A stretch of DNA of 64,000 nucleotides from Bacillus subtilis subsp. subtilis str. 168 (GTDB lineage Bacteria; Bacillota; Bacilli; Bacillales; Bacillaceae): assembly GCF_000009045.1 (NCBI RefSeq), contig NC_000964.3, forward strand, positions 1,488,001 through 1,552,000. The letters are read 5' to 3'. Of the stretch, positions 10,485 to 20,333 are shown one piece after another (position 1 is the first letter of the stretch; every line of letters begins with the position of its first letter). Under the pieces are notes generated by a model. The model was not told the DNA's origin and searched no databases. It worked only from the letters and a program-made list of their open reading frames with translations. The translations under genes were made by a program, and so were the position numbers.

Positions 10485-10966
10485 GATTTCAAAACAGCGG
10501 GAAAACAACGTTTATTGAGCGCATTCTTGAAAAAGCCTCTGAACAGGGAGTCCATTTGGGCTGCCTGAAGCACCATGGTCACGGCGGTGAACCGCAAACG
10601 CTCACGGAAGGAAAAGACACGGACCGTTACAAGGCGGCAGGTGCTGATGTAACAGCGGTAGAAGGTGCTGGTGTGTTACAGCTGACTGCCCGCCGCAATT
10701 GGGATTTGGCACGGCTGATTGAGTTATACCAATTTCTCGAAACAGACTGTCTTCTGATTGAAGGCTTTAAAAAAGCCCCTTATCCTAAAGTGGTTATCCT
10801 AAGTGAAAAGGAAGATCTGGAAGCGCTGCAAGCAGTAAATATAATCGCCATCATCTATAGAAAAAAAGAGCATATGACAGAGCATCAGGGATTACCCGTT
10901 TTTCATGCGGATGATCCGGTTGCCGTGGATTTTGTGCTTTCACAGCTGAAGGGGGAATCTGCATAA
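10445..10966 (+). CDS. mobB: Molybdopterin-guanine dinucleotide biosynthesis protein B
   Basis: P-loop GFQNSGKTT, LKHHGH, GKDT and LIEGFK; overlaps the moeA 3' end by 40 nt. Confidence 0.93.
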   Translation: MALVRPFPIVQVVGFQNSGKTTFIERILEKASEQGVHLGCLKHHGHGGEPQTLTEGKDTDRYKAAGADVTAVEGAGVLQLTARRNWDLARLIELYQFLETDCLLIEGFKKAPYPKVVILSEKEDLEALQAVNIIAIIYRKKEHMTEHQGLPVFHADDPVAVDFVLSQLKGESA

Positions 10967-11439
10967 TGGAACGGTTTGAGATTACGAAAACACCCATTAA
11001 TACTGAAAACATCATCAAAAAAGTGGAGAAACGGGAAGCGGGAGCCATTACAACATTTATTGGTACGGTTCGGGAATGGACAAACGGAAAAAGAACGGTT
11101 CGGCTTGAATATGAGGCATATGAACCGATGGCCGTGCAAATGCTTGCTCAAATCGGCGCTGAAATCGAAGAAAAATGGGAAGGTGCCTCAGCTGCGATCA
11201 CGCACCGTATAGGTGTGCTCGATATCGGTGAAGCAGCGGTAGTGATTGCTGTATCTTCTCCCCATCGAAAAGCCGCATATGAAGCCAATGAGTATGCGAT
11301 TGAACGCATTAAACAGATTGTGCCGATTTGGAAAAAAGAAATTTGGGAAGACGGTGAGCAATGGATCGGCGACCAGCTAGAAACGACAGCTTATCCGAAC
11401 GGAAAACCAGACCTAAGCGAGGGAGAGCAGCATGATTAA
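10966..11439 (+). CDS. moaE: Molybdopterin synthase catalytic subunit
   Basis: [25 protein letters not shown] and VPIWKKE motifs. Confidence 0.95.
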
Positions 11440-11665
11440 AATTCTTTTATTTGCAGGGCTTGCTGAACAGGCCGGTACACAAGCAATAGAAATAGATATG
11501 GAACAAGCAACCACAGATGAAATAAAAGCGAGTCTAAAAGAACAATACGGTCTTGAATCTATTGATACGGCTATGATTGCCGTTAACGAAAGCTATGTAA
11601 AAGAAAATACCTCTGTATCTTCGGGTGACACGGTAGCCATCATACCGCCGGTCAGCGGGGGATGA
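11432..11665 (+). CDS. moaD: Molybdopterin synthase sulfur carrier
   Basis: Ubiquitin-like fold ending in IPPVSGG. Confidence 0.95.
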
Positions 11666-11697
11666 AAACCGGACGGCATTTCAGCCGTCCGGTTTTT
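11665..11697 (+). terminator. Terminator of the mob-moe-moa operon
   Basis: AAAACCGGACGGC/GCCGTCCGGTTTT. Confidence 0.9.
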
Positions 11698-11710
11698 CTG
11701 TATTTCATTG

Positions 11711-11740
11711 GCATATCCCCAAGTATCCTCAGCATACAAT
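11711..11740 (+). promoter_or_regulatory. Sporulation sigma (SigE/SigG-like) promoter of yknUV
   Basis: GCATA-N17-CATACAAT; I cannot distinguish SigE from SigG by sequence alone. Confidence 0.5.
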
Positions 11741-11888
11741 GATTTTCTGTAAGCGTTTATTCTACATATGTTACTCCCTATAAAGTAAGAGACTCACTCC
11801 ATAATTAGACTGAAATTTTGAAAAATAATAGAAATTTATTTCGGGTATCGATATAGTGAAGATGATAAATGTTGGAAAGGTGCTGGAT

Positions 11889-13646
11889 ATGGAGACATTT
11901 AAAAGATTAAAAATGTATTATTGGCCGTACAGAAAAGTGTTTATGTGGTCGCTTCTAGCCATGCTTTTGATGACTGCAATTACTGTCGTTTATCCGATTA
12001 TCCTGCAAATTACGATTGATGAGATCGTACTGGGACGGCAGTATCAGCTTGCGGCGTGGGTCAGCTTAGGATTTATTGCGGTGATGGTTTTGAAAGGAAT
12101 GGCTACCTTTTTTCATCAGTATTTAGGTGATATGTTCGGGATCAAATCCGTTTATCGGCTGAGAAATGGTCTGTATGAAAAACTGCAGCGGCTTTCTTTT
12201 TCTTACTATGATAACGCGAAAACAGGAGATTTGATGTCCAGGCTGACTGCTGATGTTGAAGGGCTTCGTTTTTTCTTATCATACGGTCTCGCTGAGCTCA
12301 TTCGCTTCGGCCTGCTGGTAGCCATCAGCCTGTCGGTTATGTTTTACTATTCTGTTCCTCTCACGCTTGTGACAATAGCTGTTCTGCCATTTCTCGCGGT
12401 TGCGGTATACCGGTTTGACAAAAGAGTCCATCCCGCCTTCAGAGGCATCCGCAAATCGTTTGCGAAACTCAATACAAAAGTTCAGGAAAATATCAGCGGC
12501 ATTAATACGGTTAAATCTCTTTCCAGGGAAGATTTTCAGATCAGCACTTTCAATAAAGCCAATGCAGAATACAGGGCGCAGTATTTACAAACATCATCCA
12601 TTTGGTCTGCGTATTTCCCTTTAATGGAGTTCATTGGTAACACTTGTATTGTAGCTCTTCTCTCATACGGCGGTTACTTGGTTATGCAAAATCAGCTCAA
12701 TCCCGGCGAGCTTGTTGCTTTCTTCAGCCTTGTCAATTATATGATGTGGCCCATTATGAACTTAGGTTTTGTCATCAATATGTTCTCTCAAGCAAAAGCG
12801 TCAGGGGAACGCCTGCTCGACATTCTGGAAAAAGAAGAAGACATTACAGATCATCCTCATGCTTTGCATAAACAAAAATTAACCGGAGATGTCCATTTCA
12901 AAAATGTTTCTCTTGCATACGGAAAAGAACAAACAAACGCGCTGTGCAATGTAAGCTTTGAGGCAAACAGCGGGAAGGTAATCGGACTGTTGGGCCCGAC
13001 AGGTTCAGGCAAAAGCTCAGTGACACAGCTTCTCACCAGATTTTACAGTCCTGTTGGCGGAATGATTACCATTGATCACAAACCCATCACAGATTATTCG
13101 TTAAAAACCCTTCGCTCCAATATCGGGGTCGTACTTCAAGAATCCTTCCTGTTTTCATCTACGATTAGATCAAATATTTCGTATGGGCGGCCGGATGCCT
13201 CAATGGAAGACGTCATCGAAGCGGCAAAAAGGGCGCAGGCTCATAACTTTATTATGGAGCTTCCTGATGGGTATGACACCATGCTGGGAGAGAGGGGAAT
13301 GGGGCTTTCCGGCGGGCAGAAACAGCGTATTGCCATTGCGAGAGCCATCTGCTTGAACCCGAGCATTTTAATATTGGATGATGCCACAAGCGCAGTAGAT
13401 ATGCAAACGGAGCACAGCATACAGCTTGCCTTAAAAGAAGTCATGAAAAACCGCACAACCTTTATCGTCGCTCACCGCATTTCTTCACTGAAACACGCTG
13501 ATGAAATTCTCGTTTTTAATAAAGGACGCATTCGTGAAAGGGGAACACATCATGAGCTTCTTGAAAAAGGCGGCTACTATAAAAAGATTTACGATTTGCA
13601 ATACCGTGATGTCAAAATGATTAATGAGCCGCATGAGGTCGGATAG
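11889..13646 (+). CDS. yknU: ABC exporter subunit (TMD+NBD), degenerate Walker B
   Basis: Six-TM region, GPTGSGKS, LSGGQ, LILDDAT; start chosen after SD AAAGGTG. Confidence 0.92.
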   Translation: METFKRLKMYYWPYRKVFMWSLLAMLLMTAITVVYPIILQITIDEIVLGRQYQLAAWVSLGFIAVMVLKGMATFFHQYLGDMFGIKSVYRLRNGLYEKLQRLSFSYYDNAKTGDLMSRLTADVEGLRFFLSYGLAELIRFGLLVAISLSVMFYYSVPLTLVTIAVLPFLAVAVYRFDKRVHPAFRGIRKSFAKLNTKVQENISGINTVKSLSREDFQISTFNKANAEYRAQYLQTSSIWSAYFPLMEFIGNTCIVALLSYGGYLVMQNQLNPGELVAFFSLVNYMMWPIMNLGFVINMFSQAKASGERLLDILEKEEDITDHPHALHKQKLTGDVHFKNVSLAYGKEQTNALCNVSFEANSGKVIGLLGPTGSGKSSVTQLLTRFYSPVGGMITIDHKPITDYSLKTLRSNIGVVLQESFLFSSTIRSNISYGRPDASMEDVIEAAKRAQAHNFIMELPDGYDTMLGERGMGLSGGQKQRIAIARAICLNPSILILDDATSAVDMQTEHSIQLALKEVMKNRTTFIVAHRISSLKHADEILVFNKGRIRERGTHHELLEKGGYYKKIYDLQYRDVKMINEPHEVG

Positions 13647-13657
13647 GGAGGGGCCAA

Positions 13658-15472
13658 ATGAAACAAGCGAAAAAACAGGGGGTTTTAGAGCGTTTCTATT
13701 ACTCTTCAGATGAAATCATTGAAAAGCCGTTTAACTGGGCTCAAATGTGGCGGCTGCTGAGCTATGTCAAACCATATCGAAAAACAATTTTGCCGCTTTC
13801 TTTTCTCACTGTATTGATTGGCACTGCTGTGAAGCTTGTGATCCCCATTTTGATCGGCGTTTATGTTCTTGATCAAGCGATTACAGGGAGAAACTCGGAG
13901 CTGCTGATTCAGCTCATTTTTATTATTAGCGGTTTATATGTCCTCAATTACGCCGCCAATGTGTTAAGAATCAGGTGGATGAATCAGCTTGGCCAGCATG
14001 TCATTTACGATTTGCGACAGCATTTATTTACCCATGTGCAGCGCTTATCCCATCGATTTTTTGATCAGCGGTCGGCGGGATCGATCTTAGTCAGGATCAT
14101 GAATGATATTAACTCTCTTCAGGAGCTCTTTACAAGCGGAGTCATCAATTTGTTGACCGACTTGCTGCTTCTGGCCGGCGTGATTATTATTTTGTTTACG
14201 CTGAGCCCTGAGCTGACTATAGCCATCATGGTGACATTGCCGATTATGTTTTTTATTTCAACAAGTCTCAGAAAAAAAATACGCCGATCCTGGCAAACGG
14301 TACGGCTGAAGCAATCGAAGCTCAACTCTCATCTAAACGAAAGCATTCAGGGCATCCGGGTCACGCAGGCATTTACGCAGGAAGAAGAAAACATGGCGTA
14401 TTTTGACGGTGTCAATCAGGAGAACTACGAATCATGGCGGGAAGCAACTAGAAAAAATGCCATGTTCCGTCCGCTTGTAGAAATGACGAATGCGATTGGG
14501 ACGGCTGTCTTGATTTGGTATGGAGCCACACTCATCATGAATGAAACCATTACGATTGGCGTCTTCGTTTCTTTTGCTTTCTATCTGGGAATGTTTTGGG
14601 AACCTATTTCGAGACTGGGTCAGGTCTATAATCAGCTGTTAATGGGGATGGCATCATCAGAACGGATTTTTGAGTTTCTGGACGAACAGCCAAATGTCAA
14701 GGAGAAGCCGAATGCCATTCATAATGAAAAGATAAATGGGGAGATCAGTTTTGAAGAGGTTGAATTTTCGTATGATGAAAAACGAAAAGCCCTTCACGCC
14801 GTTTCTTTCTCTATTCCTGCGGGATCGACGCTTGCGCTTGTCGGGCATACAGGGAGCGGGAAGACGACGATTGCCAATTTAATCAGCCGTTTTTATGATG
14901 CGGCCGGAGGCACCATTAAAATAGACGGTATACCGATTAAGGATCTTTCCCTTGCCAGTCTGCGCTCTCAAATCAGCATTGTCCTGCAAGATACATTTAT
15001 TTTCTCCGGGACCATCATGGAAAATATTCGTTTTGGAAGGCCAAATGCTTCGGATGAAGAGGTGATGAAAGCGTCCCAAGCGGTCGGAGCGGATGAGTTT
15101 ATTTCCGATTTAGCGGAAGGATACGCAACAGAGGTAGAGGAAAGGGGCAGCGTACTGTCTGCCGGTCAGCGCCAGCTCATTTCATTTGCAAGAGCATTGC
15201 TCGCCGATCCGGCTATTATCATCCTTGACGAAGCAACGGCAAGCATTGATACAGAGACAGAAGTAAAAATTCAGCAAGCGTTAAAAACGCTTCTGAAAGG
15301 GCGTACAGCAGTGATGATCGCTCACAGATTGTCTACGATCCGCGACGCCGACCGCATCATTGTTCTTGATCACGGCAGGAAAATAGAAGAAGGGAACCAT
15401 GATCAGCTGCTCGCTAAAGGAGGCATTTATGCCGGGCTTGTGAAAGCGCAATACAGCACAGCGATAGAATAA
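13658..15472 (+). CDS. yknV: ABC exporter subunit (TMD+NBD)
   Basis: GHTGSGKT, LSAGQ and ILDEAT motifs; tandem with yknU. Confidence 0.92.
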   Translation: MKQAKKQGVLERFYYSSDEIIEKPFNWAQMWRLLSYVKPYRKTILPLSFLTVLIGTAVKLVIPILIGVYVLDQAITGRNSELLIQLIFIISGLYVLNYAANVLRIRWMNQLGQHVIYDLRQHLFTHVQRLSHRFFDQRSAGSILVRIMNDINSLQELFTSGVINLLTDLLLLAGVIIILFTLSPELTIAIMVTLPIMFFISTSLRKKIRRSWQTVRLKQSKLNSHLNESIQGIRVTQAFTQEEENMAYFDGVNQENYESWREATRKNAMFRPLVEMTNAIGTAVLIWYGATLIMNETITIGVFVSFAFYLGMFWEPISRLGQVYNQLLMGMASSERIFEFLDEQPNVKEKPNAIHNEKINGEISFEEVEFSYDEKRKALHAVSFSIPAGSTLALVGHTGSGKTTIANLISRFYDAAGGTIKIDGIPIKDLSLASLRSQISIVLQDTFIFSGTIMENIRFGRPNASDEEVMKASQAVGADEFISDLAEGYATEVEERGSVLSAGQRQLISFARALLADPAIIILDEATASIDTETEVKIQQALKTLLKGRTAVMIAHRLSTIRDADRIIVLDHGRKIEEGNHDQLLAKGGIYAGLVKAQYSTAIE

Positions 15473-15476
15473 TATG

Positions 15477-15502
15477 AAAAGCCTTCAATATTGAAGGTTT
15501 TT
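15477..15502 (+). terminator. Terminator after yknV
   Basis: AAAAGCCTTCAA/TTGAAGGTTTTT. Confidence 0.75.
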
Positions 15503-15522
15503 GGAAATTTATTAGAAAAACA

Positions 15523-15548
15523 TGAAACTTTTTGATATCCTTCCCGTA
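15523..15548 (+). promoter_or_regulatory. SigW promoter of yknWXYZ
   Basis: TGAAAC-N16-CGTA, exact SigW consensus. Confidence 0.88.
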
Positions 15549-15581
15549 CTATTTGTTAGATATTCTCAAGGAGGTTTTGAA

Positions 15582-16277
15582 ATGGAAACGAATGTAGAAA
15601 AAAACAGCGGAACGGCGACTGAAAAGCCTTCACTTTTCGGAGTAATCACAAGTCCGTCCGTTCAATTTGAAAGAATAAGAGAAAGGCCGGCTGTATGGGG
15701 ACCGCTTTTGATTGTTGCAGCAATTATCATCGTCGGTGCCGTGCTGCAATCACTCGGTACGGATTATAGTGAGCTTTTGAAAAGCCAGGATACGCAAGGG
15801 CTATCTGCTGAACAAATGGAAACTGTCGCAACAATAACCAAATTTGGCGGAATGGCAGGCGCTATTATCGGCGGTATCGCAGCATTATTTATTGCCCCTC
15901 TTATTTATTGGCTCTGTGTAAAAGTATCAGGCGGTGTTACGACATATAAAAAAATGCTTTCTCTCAGTCTGTTTGTCTCTTTGATTAGCAGTCTCGGATT
16001 ATTGGTTAATGGAATCGTTGCTTTTACGACTGACGTGAATCCTCTTTACAGCACGACGTCACTCGCAGGGATTATCCCATCTGACGGGGCTCTCGCCAGT
16101 GTGTTAAATACCTTTGAAATTTTCAGCATCTGGAGCTTTGTATTATTAGCAATCGGACTTCACAAAACGGGAGGCATCTCAAAAAAAGCCGGGTGGATTT
16201 CAGCAATCATTCTATTCGGAATTTTAGTTGTATTTTCGCTTTTTTCAGGTTTAATCAATTCTGTGGCGGGTGCATAA
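15582..16277 (+). CDS. yknW: Yip1-family membrane accessory subunit of the YknWXYZ exporter
   Basis: Five hydrophobic segments; SD AAGGAGG before ATG 15582. Confidence 0.88.
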   Translation: METNVEKNSGTATEKPSLFGVITSPSVQFERIRERPAVWGPLLIVAAIIIVGAVLQSLGTDYSELLKSQDTQGLSAEQMETVATITKFGGMAGAIIGGIAALFIAPLIYWLCVKVSGGVTTYKKMLSLSLFVSLISSLGLLVNGIVAFTTDVNPLYSTTSLAGIIPSDGALASVLNTFEIFSIWSFVLLAIGLHKTGGISKKAGWISAIILFGILVVFSLFSGLINSVAGA

Positions 16278-16281
16278 GCTC

Positions 16282-17415
16282 ATGAAAAAAGTCTGGATCG
16301 GAATTGGAATCGCAGTTATAGTCGCTCTTTTTGTTGGAATCAATATATACCGGTCTGCCGCTCCGACAAGCGGCAGCGCCGGCAAGGAGGTACAGACGGG
16401 GAGCGTTGAAGAAAATGAAATCTCATCAACGGTTATGGTTCCTGGCACGCTAAAATTTTCAAATGAACAGTATGTCTTTTATGAAGCGGATAAAGGGACA
16501 TTAGAAGACATTAAAGTAAAGGAAGGCGATAAAGTTAAAAAGGGCACGGCTTTAGTCACCTATACAAATGAGCAGCTGAGCCTGGAAAAAGAACAGAACC
16601 AGTTAACGTCTGAATCCAACCGGCTTCAAATTGACCAAATTCAAGAAAAGTTAAAAGCCTTGGACAGCAAAGAAAGAGAACTGGAAAAACAGGTAGGAAA
16701 GAAAGAAGCAGAAAAACAAATCGAATCTGAACGGACAGAGCTTCAAATGCAGAAAAAAACAGCGGAGATCGAATTAAAACAAACCGAGCTTCAGCGGCAG
16801 TCACTTGCCAACCGGGTGTCAGATTTAGAAGTGAAAAGCGAAATTGAAGGCACCGTTATTTCTGTCAACCAAGAAGCGGCATCCAAAAAGTCAGATATTC
16901 AAGAGCCTGTCATACATATCGGCAACCCAAAAGACCTTGTCGTCTCAGGGAAATTGTCTGAATACGATACATTGAAAGTCAAAAAAGGCCAGAAGGTCAC
17001 ACTCACTTCAGATGTAATACAGGGTAAAACATGGAAAGGCACGGTTTCCGCAGTCGGGCTTGTTCCGGATCAGCAGGAGAGCGCTGCGGCACAAGGAACA
17101 GAACAGGCGGTCCAATACCCGCTTCAAGTGAAAATAAAAGGAAATCTTCCAGAAGGAAAGCCAGGCTTTAAATTTATCATGAATATTGAAACAGATAAAC
17201 GGAAAGCAAATACGCTTCCTTCAAAGGCAGTCAAAAAAGAAGATGACCAATATTATGTGTATACAGTAAAAGACGGAAAAGCAAAGCGAGTTGATGTCAA
17301 AATCGGCGAAGTGACAGATGACCTGACAGAAATTAAAGAGGGGCTTACCCAAGATGATCAAGTCATTTTGAATCCATCTGATCAGGTGACTGACGGAATG
17401 GAAGTGAAATCCTAA
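16282..17415 (+). CDS. yknX: Membrane fusion (MacA-like) subunit
   Basis: N-terminal anchor, lipoyl-like VKEGDKVKKG, coiled-coil hairpin, beta-barrel. Confidence 0.9.
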   Translation: MKKVWIGIGIAVIVALFVGINIYRSAAPTSGSAGKEVQTGSVEENEISSTVMVPGTLKFSNEQYVFYEADKGTLEDIKVKEGDKVKKGTALVTYTNEQLSLEKEQNQLTSESNRLQIDQIQEKLKALDSKERELEKQVGKKEAEKQIESERTELQMQKKTAEIELKQTELQRQSLANRVSDLEVKSEIEGTVISVNQEAASKKSDIQEPVIHIGNPKDLVVSGKLSEYDTLKVKKGQKVTLTSDVIQGKTWKGTVSAVGLVPDQQESAAAQGTEQAVQYPLQVKIKGNLPEGKPGFKFIMNIETDKRKANTLPSKAVKKEDDQYYVYTVKDGKAKRVDVKIGEVTDDLTEIKEGLTQDDQVILNPSDQVTDGMEVKS

Positions 17416-18108
17416 ATGATTCAGCTTTCTAATGTGCGAAAAAGCTACCAGATCGGAAAGGAAACGTTTGATGTTCTCCATTCTATTGATTTGGACATTC
17501 ATCAAGGTGAATATGTCTCGATTATGGGGCCGTCAGGATCAGGAAAATCGACGATCATGAATATTATCGGCTGTCTTGATCGGCCGACTTCCGGTACATA
17601 TCAATTGGACGGCGAAGACATTTCTTCATATAAAGATAAAGAACTGGCGGCAGTCCGTAACCGGTCCATCGGTTTTGTATTTCAGCAATTTCAGCTTCTT
17701 CCGCGGCTGAACGCAAAAAAAAATGTCGAGCTGCCGATGATTTATTCCGGGATAGGCAAAAAGGAACGTCAAGAGCGGGCTGAGAGAGCATTGGAAAAGG
17801 TCGGGTTAGCCGATCGAATGCTCCACATGCCCAACGAGCTGTCGGGCGGGCAGAAGCAGCGGGTGGCGATTGCGAGGGCGATCGTGAATGAGCCGAAATT
17901 GATTTTAGCTGATGAACCGACCGGCGCGCTGGATACGAAAACAAGCGAGGCGATTATGGATCAGTTTACAGCATTAAATGCCGAGGGAACGACAATCGTT
18001 CTGGTTACTCACGAGCCTGAAGTAGCAGATTGCACGAATCGGATCGTCATGGTGCGTGACGGAAACATTGTTCCTGCCAGCTCCGGACAAAGGAGTGTGG
18101 GAGAATGA
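17416..18108 (+). CDS. yknY: ABC ATPase (MacB/LolD type)
   Basis: [16 protein letters not shown] and LADEPTG motifs. Confidence 0.93.
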   Translation: MIQLSNVRKSYQIGKETFDVLHSIDLDIHQGEYVSIMGPSGSGKSTIMNIIGCLDRPTSGTYQLDGEDISSYKDKELAAVRNRSIGFVFQQFQLLPRLNAKKNVELPMIYSGIGKKERQERAERALEKVGLADRMLHMPNELSGGQKQRVAIARAIVNEPKLILADEPTGALDTKTSEAIMDQFTALNAEGTTIVLVTHEPEVADCTNRIVMVRDGNIVPASSGQRSVGE

Positions 18109-19298
18109 GCCTGTTGGAAAACATCAGAATGGCTCTAAGCTCTGTCCTTGCCCATAAAATGCGTTCGATCTTAACGATGCTCGGCATTATCATTGGTGTA
18201 GGCTCTGTCATTGTTGTCGTTGCGGTAGGACAGGGCGGCGAGCAAATGCTGAAGCAGTCGATCAGCGGCCCGGGAAATACTGTGGAGCTGTACTATATGC
18301 CTAGCGACGAGGAGCTTGCAAGCAACCCGAATGCCGCAGCTGAATCTACGTTTACAGAAAACGATATTAAAGGTTTAAAAGGAATAGAAGGCATTAAACA
18401 AGTCGTTGCTTCGACTTCTGAAAGTATGAAAGCGCGTTATCACGAAGAAGAAACCGATGCTACGGTTAACGGAATAAATGATGGATACATGAATGTCAAT
18501 TCTTTGAAAATCGAAAGCGGCAGAACCTTTACCGACAATGACTTTCTCGCGGGGAATAGAGTCGGAATCATCTCTCAAAAAATGGCTAAAGAGCTGTTTG
18601 ATAAAACCTCCCCTCTAGGTGAAGTTGTCTGGATTAACGGACAGCCCGTTGAAATTATCGGCGTGCTGAAAAAAGTAACAGGCTTGCTTTCTTTCGATTT
18701 AAGTGAAATGTATGTGCCATTTAATATGATGAAATCCTCTTTTGGCACAAGTGATTTCAGTAACGTATCATTGCAGGTCGAATCAGCAGACGACATAAAA
18801 TCGGCTGGAAAAGAAGCGGCACAGCTGGTAAATGACAATCATGGCACAGAGGATTCGTATCAAGTGATGAACATGGAAGAGATTGCGGCCGGAATTGGCA
18901 AAGTAACTGCAATTATGACGACGATTATCGGCTCAATTGCAGGTATTTCCCTTTTGGTCGGCGGAATCGGTGTCATGAATATTATGCTCGTATCAGTCAC
19001 AGAACGGACGCGGGAAATCGGAATCAGAAAATCACTTGGTGCGACGAGGGGACAGATTCTGACTCAGTTTTTAATTGAATCAGTCGTATTGACGCTGATT
19101 GGCGGTCTGGTCGGGATTGGTATTGGATACGGAGGGGCCGCGCTTGTTTCAGCCATTGCGGGCTGGCCGTCACTCATATCCTGGCAGGTTGTATGCGGGG
19201 GCGTGCTGTTCAGTATGCTCATTGGTGTTATTTTCGGCATGCTTCCTGCAAATAAAGCCGCAAAGCTTGATCCCATTGAAGCGCTGCGTTATGAGTAG
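18105..19298 (+). CDS. yknZ: MacB-like four-TM permease
   Basis: RSILTMLGIIIGV and GGIGVMNIMLVSVTERTREIGIRKSLGA motifs. Confidence 0.93.
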   Translation: MSLLENIRMALSSVLAHKMRSILTMLGIIIGVGSVIVVVAVGQGGEQMLKQSISGPGNTVELYYMPSDEELASNPNAAAESTFTENDIKGLKGIEGIKQVVASTSESMKARYHEEETDATVNGINDGYMNVNSLKIESGRTFTDNDFLAGNRVGIISQKMAKELFDKTSPLGEVVWINGQPVEIIGVLKKVTGLLSFDLSEMYVPFNMMKSSFGTSDFSNVSLQVESADDIKSAGKEAAQLVNDNHGTEDSYQVMNMEEIAAGIGKVTAIMTTIIGSIAGISLLVGGIGVMNIMLVSVTERTREIGIRKSLGATRGQILTQFLIESVVLTLIGGLVGIGIGYGGAALVSAIAGWPSLISWQVVCGGVLFSMLIGVIFGMLPANKAAKLDPIEALRYE

Positions 19299-19326
19299 CC
19301 TCATGCAACATGCATGAGGTTTTTTT
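19297..19326 (+). terminator. Terminator after yknZ
   Basis: GCCTCATGCA/TGCATGAGGT followed by a T-tract. Confidence 0.85.
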
Positions 19327-19408
19327 ATGTTTAGTGATTTCTACTATGAATATAAAAGACTTTTTTCATTAAAATAAGAAGAAAATGTCGTACAATTGTC
19401 CTTATTTT

Positions 19409-19415
19409 TGTCGAA
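19409..19415 (+). promoter_or_regulatory. Spo0A box upstream of fruR
   Basis: TGTCGAA just upstream of the putative -35 TTTACA (19423-19428); -10 TAATAT at 19447-19452. Confidence 0.5.
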
Positions 19416-19461
19416 TTTACAGTTTACAAACCCTATAGACATACGTTAATATGGAGAAACG

Positions 19462-19501
19462 TGAAAGATTTTGATAGTTATTGAATGAATTTGAATGATT
19501 T
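19462..19501 (+). promoter_or_regulatory. FruR operator: four tandem 10-bp repeats
   Basis: TGAAAGATTT-TGATAGTTAT-TGAATGAATT-TGAATGATTT, matching the (TGAWWGWTTT)4 FruR motif of Firmicutes. Confidence 0.8.
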
Positions 19502-19549
19502 TAGTTGCCTAAACCGAAAATAGCGTTTACAATGAAATTGTATTCAAAA

Positions 19550-19563
19550 TGAATACGTTTTCA
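19550..19563 (+). promoter_or_regulatory. cre-like (CcpA) site
   Basis: TGAATACGTTTTCA, one mismatch to TGWNANCGNTNWCA. Confidence 0.5.
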
Positions 19564-19577
19564 TTAGGAGGTGAAGC

Positions 19578-20333
19578 ATGCTAACTCCTGAACGGCATCA
19601 ATTGATTATTGATCAAATAGAAAAGCATGATGTGGTAAAGATTCAAGAGCTTATAAATCTGACTAATGCTTCTGAATCAACAATCAGAAGAGATTTATCG
19701 ACCCTTGAAGAACGCGGTTTTTTAAAGCGCGTTCATGGTGGAGCGGCCAAGCTTTCCGATATCAGACTTGAACCCGATATGCTTGAAAAATCATCCAAAA
19801 ACCTTCACGATAAACTGAAGATTGCTGAAAAAGCTGCTTCTCTTTTAGAAGAAGGGGATTGCATTTACCTTGATGCAGGCACGACGACATTGCACATGAT
19901 TGATTTTATGGATAAAACCAAAGATATTGTCGTTGTCACAAACGGGGTAATGCATATCGATGCATTAATAAGGAAAGAAATTTCTTTTTATCTGCTTGGA
20001 GGATACGTAAAGCACAGAACGGGCGCGATTATTGGAGGCGCTTCATTGGTTGCCATGGACCAGTACAGATTTGACAAGAGTTTTCTGGGGACAAACGGTG
20101 TCCATACAGAGGCTGGATTTACAACGCCGGACCCTGATGAGGCCCTTTTAAAACAGAAAGCGATCAAACAGGCAAAACACGCTTACGTCTTAGCAGACCC
20201 TTCGAAGTTCGGAGAAATTTCATTTTCGGCATTCGCCGGAATAGGCGACGCAACAATCATTACGACTGACGCTGAAGAGCTTACATTCGATAATTACCAA
20301 GAAAAAACTGTCGTAAAGGTAGTGAAACCATGA
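19578..20333 (+). CDS. fruR: DeoR-family repressor of the fructose operon
   Basis: HTH SESTIRRDL, RVHGGA and LDAGTT motifs. Confidence 0.95.
   Translation: MLTPERHQLIIDQIEKHDVVKIQELINLTNASESTIRRDLSTLEERGFLKRVHGGAAKLSDIRLEPDMLEKSSKNLHDKLKIAEKAASLLEEGDCIYLDAGTTTLHMIDFMDKTKDIVVVTNGVMHIDALIRKEISFYLLGGYVKHRTGAIIGGASLVAMDQYRFDKSFLGTNGVHTEAGFTTPDPDEALLKQKAIKQAKHAYVLADPSKFGEISFSAFAGIGDATIITTDAEELTFDNYQEKTVVKVVKP

Noticed and set aside
9192-10966. Suspicion that moeA-mobB is a divergent (W23-like) mosaic segment
   Set aside because: Based only on uncertain recall of reference proteins; no compositional break is visible and gene spacing fits the 168 layout. An alignment would be needed.
19462-19501. 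Tandem repeats as a possible mini-CRISPR or iteron array
   Set aside because: The units are 10 bp with no spacers and no cas or rep gene; they fit the FruR operator.
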